DNA of 53,247 nt, taken from contig JAAYCR010000095.1 in NCBI GenBank assembly GCA_012729675.1, positions 1 to 53,247 on the forward strand, read 5' to 3'. The stretch's first letter is position 1. The number at the start of each line of letters is the position of its first letter. This document shows positions 48,643-53,247 of this stretch, in pieces. The position numbers and the translations under genes are program-made. Source of the stretch: Phycisphaerae bacterium. GTDB lineage: Bacteria; Planctomycetota; Phycisphaerae; Sedimentisphaerales; Anaerohalosphaeraceae. Under the pieces are notes generated by a model. That model was not told the origin of the DNA. It made no database searches and worked only from the letters and a program-made list of their open reading frames with translations.

Positions 48643-49264
48643 GATTATCGGTCCCGCGATTGGCAGCTTTCCATTTCTTCATAAAATGCACAACAGCCGT
48701 GTGCAACCGGCTCTTTACCGTCCCTATAGGTATACTGAGAATCTCGGACATATGTTTGTAGGAAAATTGTTCAAAATATGCCAAAATCAGAATTCCCCGA
48801 AGATTTTCCGGCATCTCGGCTATTACCTCCCGAACCCGGCGGGCGGTTTCGTCCTGTGAGACCTCGTCCTCGGGGGTGATTTCGTAGGAGGTCAGGATAT
48901 TGACGACCTCATCTATCGACACATCCCCTGCGTCGGCCATTGTCCCCATGCTCAGCGAGGATTGCCGCTGAATCTTGCGGAGGGCGTCTTTGGCCTTGTT
49001 GGCCGCAATGGTGAATAGCCACGGCCGGAGCGGACGTTCCATATCAAAACTGTCCTGGCTGGTGTAAAGTTGCAAAAAGGTCTCTTGGAAGATATCTTCG
49101 ACAAGGTCCTGCTGGCTGACAAACCGACGCAAAAAGGCGTACAGAGAATTCTTGTAGCGATCCACGATCTCGCGGAAAGCCCATTCGTGCCCTTGCCGAT
49201 ACTGCTCAAGCAGCTCAGAATCGGTCAACTGGCTGATCTGGTTTTTCGTATTCTCCGTATCCAT
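48623..49264 (-). CDS. ECF-type RNA polymerase sigma factor (sigma-70 family group 4)
   Basis: Region 2 (…YRQGHEWAFREIVDRYKNSLYAFLRRF…DIFQETFLQLY…) and a region 4 HTH (…FSYKHMSEILSIPIGTVKSRLHTAV…). ATG 49264 (MDTENTK…). Confidence 0.85.
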   Translation of the reverse strand: MDTENTKNQISQLTDSELLEQYRQGHEWAFREIVDRYKNSLYAFLRRFVSQQDLVEDIFQETFLQLYTSQDSFDMERPLRPWLFTIAANKAKDALRKIQRQSSLSMGTMADAGDVSIDEVVNILTSYEITPEDEVSQDETARRVREVIAEMPENLRGILILAYFEQFSYKHMSEILSIPIGTVKSRLHTAVVHFMKKWKAANRGTDNHGLSEI

Positions 49265-49463
49265 AGTAGGATATAGAATCGCCTTACACGGTTTAGCCAC
49301 TCTTTGGGGCCGCACTATTAGTATAGATGAATCAGACAGGCATTTGAATTCAAAAAAACGATTCTTCTGAAAAAACTGTCGCCGTCGACCGCAATTTCAG
49401 GAATTAATTGTTGCAAATCGAGCGCGGCTCCGTTAATAAGGTATTTTCTTGGCTTTCTGATTC

Positions 49464-50943
<1,480 letters not shown>

Positions 50944-50947
<4 letters not shown>

Positions 50948-51195
50948 CGTTTGCCCCCCTGCGATTTGCGCTTGACCCGCTTCAGTTCCAGCCCGACAAC
51001 GGCGGCGACGCGCTCGGCGGTCGTAATGCTCAAGCCCCGTTCACCCCGCATAAACCGGCTTAGCTGCGAATGGTCAACGCCGGTTTGTCGCGTGATCTCC
51101 ATCAGCGGCCAGCCGGTTTCTTCAATGGCGGCTCTGAATTGCTGTTCCCAAGAATACGCATCAGATTGTTTTTTTTTCTTGCTCATAAGTCCCAT
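50944..51195 (-). CDS. Small XRE/excisionase-like HTH DNA-binding protein
   Basis: …LMEITRQTGVDHSQLSRFMRGERGLSITTAERVAAVVGLEL… has an HTH pattern. Its stop overlaps the integrase start (ATGA). Start uncertain (the track uses TTG 51222). Confidence 0.45.
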
Positions 51196-51231
51196 CTTAC
51201 GCTTAATGTCGGTTCGTGTCAATAGTCTTGT

Positions 51232-51627
51232 TTACTTTTTTTTCACAAAATCTGCAAATTTTTCCAGATCGTCCAAAAGCATCTTTAAAATCCCGTCGTC
51301 CCCATCGCCCCCGGTTCCCTTCTCCGCGCCCCGCAGAATCCGGCAGACCGCCCGCGCCGTCCAGGGCTTGCCCCTATGCAGCACCCCCCGACTATTCAGT
51401 GAATCGGCAATCCATCGCCCAGACCGCCCGCAAAATCGCGCGTACCGCATCGCCACGATCACAGCCTGCTCGTGCGGCGCTGCGAGCAGGCGGACACCAA
51501 AGGGCAGGCATCGGCGGGCAAGCCCCGGCCTGTCGGCTTCTGTCTTTGCAAATGCCCGCTCCATCCCGGCAGCGCAGGCAGTACCAATCGAAACGATCTC
51601 GTCTGCCGGTTTATACTTTCGTCCCAT
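51232..51627 (-). CDS. Hypothetical protein (element-borne)
   Basis: ORF with coding-like composition. The segment …GKPWTARAVCRILRG… faintly resembles the 'recombinase' domain W…IL.N motif; otherwise unrecognised. Confidence 0.35.
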   Translation of the reverse strand: MGRKYKPADEIVSIGTACAAGMERAFAKTEADRPGLARRCLPFGVRLLAAPHEQAVIVAMRYARFCGRSGRWIADSLNSRGVLHRGKPWTARAVCRILRGAEKGTGGDGDDGILKMLLDDLEKFADFVKKK

Positions 51628-51741
51628 CGTCGTAACCTTTCAAAAAATCATCTGTCAGTTCATCCCCGGCCAGCCGCCGGAGTTCGTCCAGTGCCATCGC
51701 CGCCCGCTCTACGTCGGCGTCGGACCGTGCCGACCGTAAGA

Positions 51742-52890
51742 TCAGAATGGAATTTCCTCATCATCTGCCGCCGTCCATTTGTAGGTTTGAGCTTCTCTTT
51801 GATTACGGTCTGTCTGCACCTTCTCGATGTACCCGCGATCGCAAAACACGCTCAGTATGTTTCGTGCTGTCTCACGGCTGTAACCAATGATCGAACCGGC
51901 TTTACGACTGGACATAAAAAACGTTCCATCGGGAGACTGCAAGGCCAACTCAAATAAGACCTCGAGCAAAAGTTTGATGCTGTCGGATTCAAAATCGGCT
52001 TGCTTTATCCCTCTCCCCTCATCAATCCGCTGCCGTGCCGTCATCACCGCCTGGCCGAGTACGCCGCTACCAGATGGAAACTTGACGCGACCCCACGCCG
52101 CCACGAAGTCGAACCAAGTCGGCTCAAAGTCTTTCGTCCTGATGATAGGTTGCGCCGCCTTGTGCCATTTCTCAACTGCTGGCCGGGCTTCTTCGGGTGT
52201 GTTGTATATCGCCTTTAGCCTGGCCGCCAAAAGGAAAAGCCTGTTGTTCCGTTGCCCCGGCTCTGTCGGAAGGGTCTCACGAATCGCAGCCGCCACAACA
52301 CCACCATCACCACCACCCACCACCACCCCTAAACGGTTATGGGGAGTCCTGTGGAGTCTTTGTGGTGTCTTTGTGGTGTCATAGTGATGTCTTGTGGCGT
52401 CTTGTGGCAAGTTGAGGGATTCAAGGTCAATTTTTGGTAACTGCTGGCCGTTCGGCGGGGTAGTCCATCGGTAGATCGTGCCGGACGTGTGGACGCTCGG
52501 CGGTGCGACGACGTACCCGCTCGCCTTGATGTCGATGCCGTCAAGCGTCAGAGTTTTAGTCTCGTCGGTTACGGCGTAAACGTGAAAGCCCCGGCCTGTC
52601 TGAACGGTCGGCAGGGCGGCGGCAAGGTCTGGATGGTCGGCTTTCCATCGCTGATACAGTTCGGCCTCGTCGAAGTCGATCACCGTCAGCGAGCCGGATA
52701 CCGCGCCGCAAATTATCCCGATGCCGTGCTGTCCTTTGACAAACCACTTTCGCACCTGCGCCTCGGTGGGGCGTGTGGACTGATACTGTTTCCACGTCTT
52801 GAGGCTCGGCTTCTTCGTCCCCGTCTTGATCGGGATGATCGACCAGCCGCGCCGCAGATAGTCCAGAGCTACGCTTAGCGTGTCCATCAT
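51742..52890 (-). CDS. Bifunctional DNA primase/polymerase (Prim-Pol, N-terminal domain family)
   Basis: …GWSIIPIKTGTKKPSLKTWKQYQ…, catalytic …SLTVIDFDEAE… (hhhDhD) and …GRGFHVYAV… (G-x-H-x-Y) motifs. GGAAGGG Shine-Dalgarno before ATG 52890; the track start 53061 is an extension. Confidence 0.7.
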   Translation of the reverse strand: MMDTLSVALDYLRRGWSIIPIKTGTKKPSLKTWKQYQSTRPTEAQVRKWFVKGQHGIGIICGAVSGSLTVIDFDEAELYQRWKADHPDLAAALPTVQTGRGFHVYAVTDETKTLTLDGIDIKASGYVVAPPSVHTSGTIYRWTTPPNGQQLPKIDLESLNLPQDATRHHYDTTKTPQRLHRTPHNRLGVVVGGGDGGVVAAAIRETLPTEPGQRNNRLFLLAARLKAIYNTPEEARPAVEKWHKAAQPIIRTKDFEPTWFDFVAAWGRVKFPSGSGVLGQAVMTARQRIDEGRGIKQADFESDSIKLLLEVLFELALQSPDGTFFMSSRKAGSIIGYSRETARNILSVFCDRGYIEKVQTDRNQREAQTYKWTAADDEEIPF

Positions 52891-53123
52891 TTGCCCTTCC
52901 AATGCCAAGCCCGGCGCGGCGGACAACCGGCGGCCACCCACTGCTCGACCTCGGCGCGACGTAAAAGGATTTTTCGTCCAAGCTTGATCTCCTTCGGCCC
53001 GATGCGCCCGGCGCTGCGTTGCTCGAAATAGTGCGCCCTTGAGATCTGCAACAGCTTGCAAGCGACGTTCACGTCAACCAGTAGGCTTTGATCTTCCGGG
53101 GTGAGGTGCTTATCGTTGCTCAT
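52887..53123 (-). CDS. AlpA/excisionase-family HTH regulator
   Basis: …LLQISRAHYFEQRSAGRIGPKEIKLGRKILLRRAEVEQWV… matches the AlpA/PrtN-type MerR-like HTH pattern. Confidence 0.55.
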   Translation of the reverse strand: MSNDKHLTPEDQSLLVDVNVACKLLQISRAHYFEQRSAGRIGPKEIKLGRKILLRRAEVEQWVAAGCPPRRAWHWKGK

Positions 53124-53247
53124 CGCCGCCCCCTTTCTCAGCCAGTCGATCAAGCGCGGCCTGTACCGCTACGGGGTTGAATCTAAGCCGCCCATTGACG
53201 GACAAAGAAGGTATGATGTTTTCTTTAGCCAGTCGTCGTAAATATGC

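Overview
This 53 kb window is high-GC (~60–65%) chromosomal DNA from a Gram-negative bacterium. An anti-sigma factor carrying a C-terminal DUF1559-type domain and the general gene content point to Planctomycetota; that assignment is inference. All calls below are made by eye from the six-frame track and the raw sequence, without tools.

**Backbone genes**
- Clearly recognisable genes: ftsH, enolase, argB-argD-argF followed by rdgB and nfi (endonuclease V), a 2x[4Fe-4S] ferredoxin, acylphosphatase, a MarR regulator, and an ECF sigma/anti-sigma pair.
- Other recognisable families: a PL11 rhamnogalacturonan lyase, a SASA-family esterase, a DUF1593 protein, a YpfJ-like metallopeptidase, a YjgR/DUF853 NTPase, and an ArsB/NhaD-type permease.
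- Envelope lipoproteins: an unknown 453-aa lipoprotein, then YcfL-like, LpoB-like, BamD-like and LptE-like proteins.
- RNA genes not present in the ORF track: RNase P RNA (minus strand, ~22614–23002), tRNA-Thr(UGU), tRNA-Glu(UUC), tRNA-His(GUG) and tRNA-Phe(GAA).

**Most interesting region (~9.3–19.9 kb)**
One apparent operon behind a near-consensus sigma70 promoter encodes two tandem PspA/IM30 (ESCRT-III-like) paralogs, a YqiJ/NfeD-like membrane protein, a flotillin (SPFH) protein, and a 1777-aa protein. The large protein has an N-terminal beta-rich region, a long helical middle, and a C-proximal AAA_5/MoxR-like ATPase domain. A third PspA paralog starts 15 nt after its stop. I could not match this PspA x3 + NfeD + flotillin + giant AAA+ ATPase arrangement to any described system.

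**Other notable items**
- A REP-associated tyrosine transposase (RAYT) flanked by REP hairpin repeats.
- A tRNA-Phe-integrated element (integrase overlapping the tRNA 3' end, Prim-Pol, AlpA-like and XRE-like proteins), truncated by the window end.
- Two low-GC islets: one non-coding next to rnpB with a promoter/34-aa ORF/terminator unit, and one carrying a DUF1294 gene interrupted by an in-frame TGA plus a GlsB/YeaQ-like stress protein.
- A long inverted repeat after eno.
- Tandem DNA repeats inside a gene for an extremely aromatic-rich, low-complexity secreted protein.
- No CRISPR array was seen.

Many long minus-strand or plus-strand ORFs in the track are antisense shadows of real genes, typical of high-GC DNA, and are rejected.
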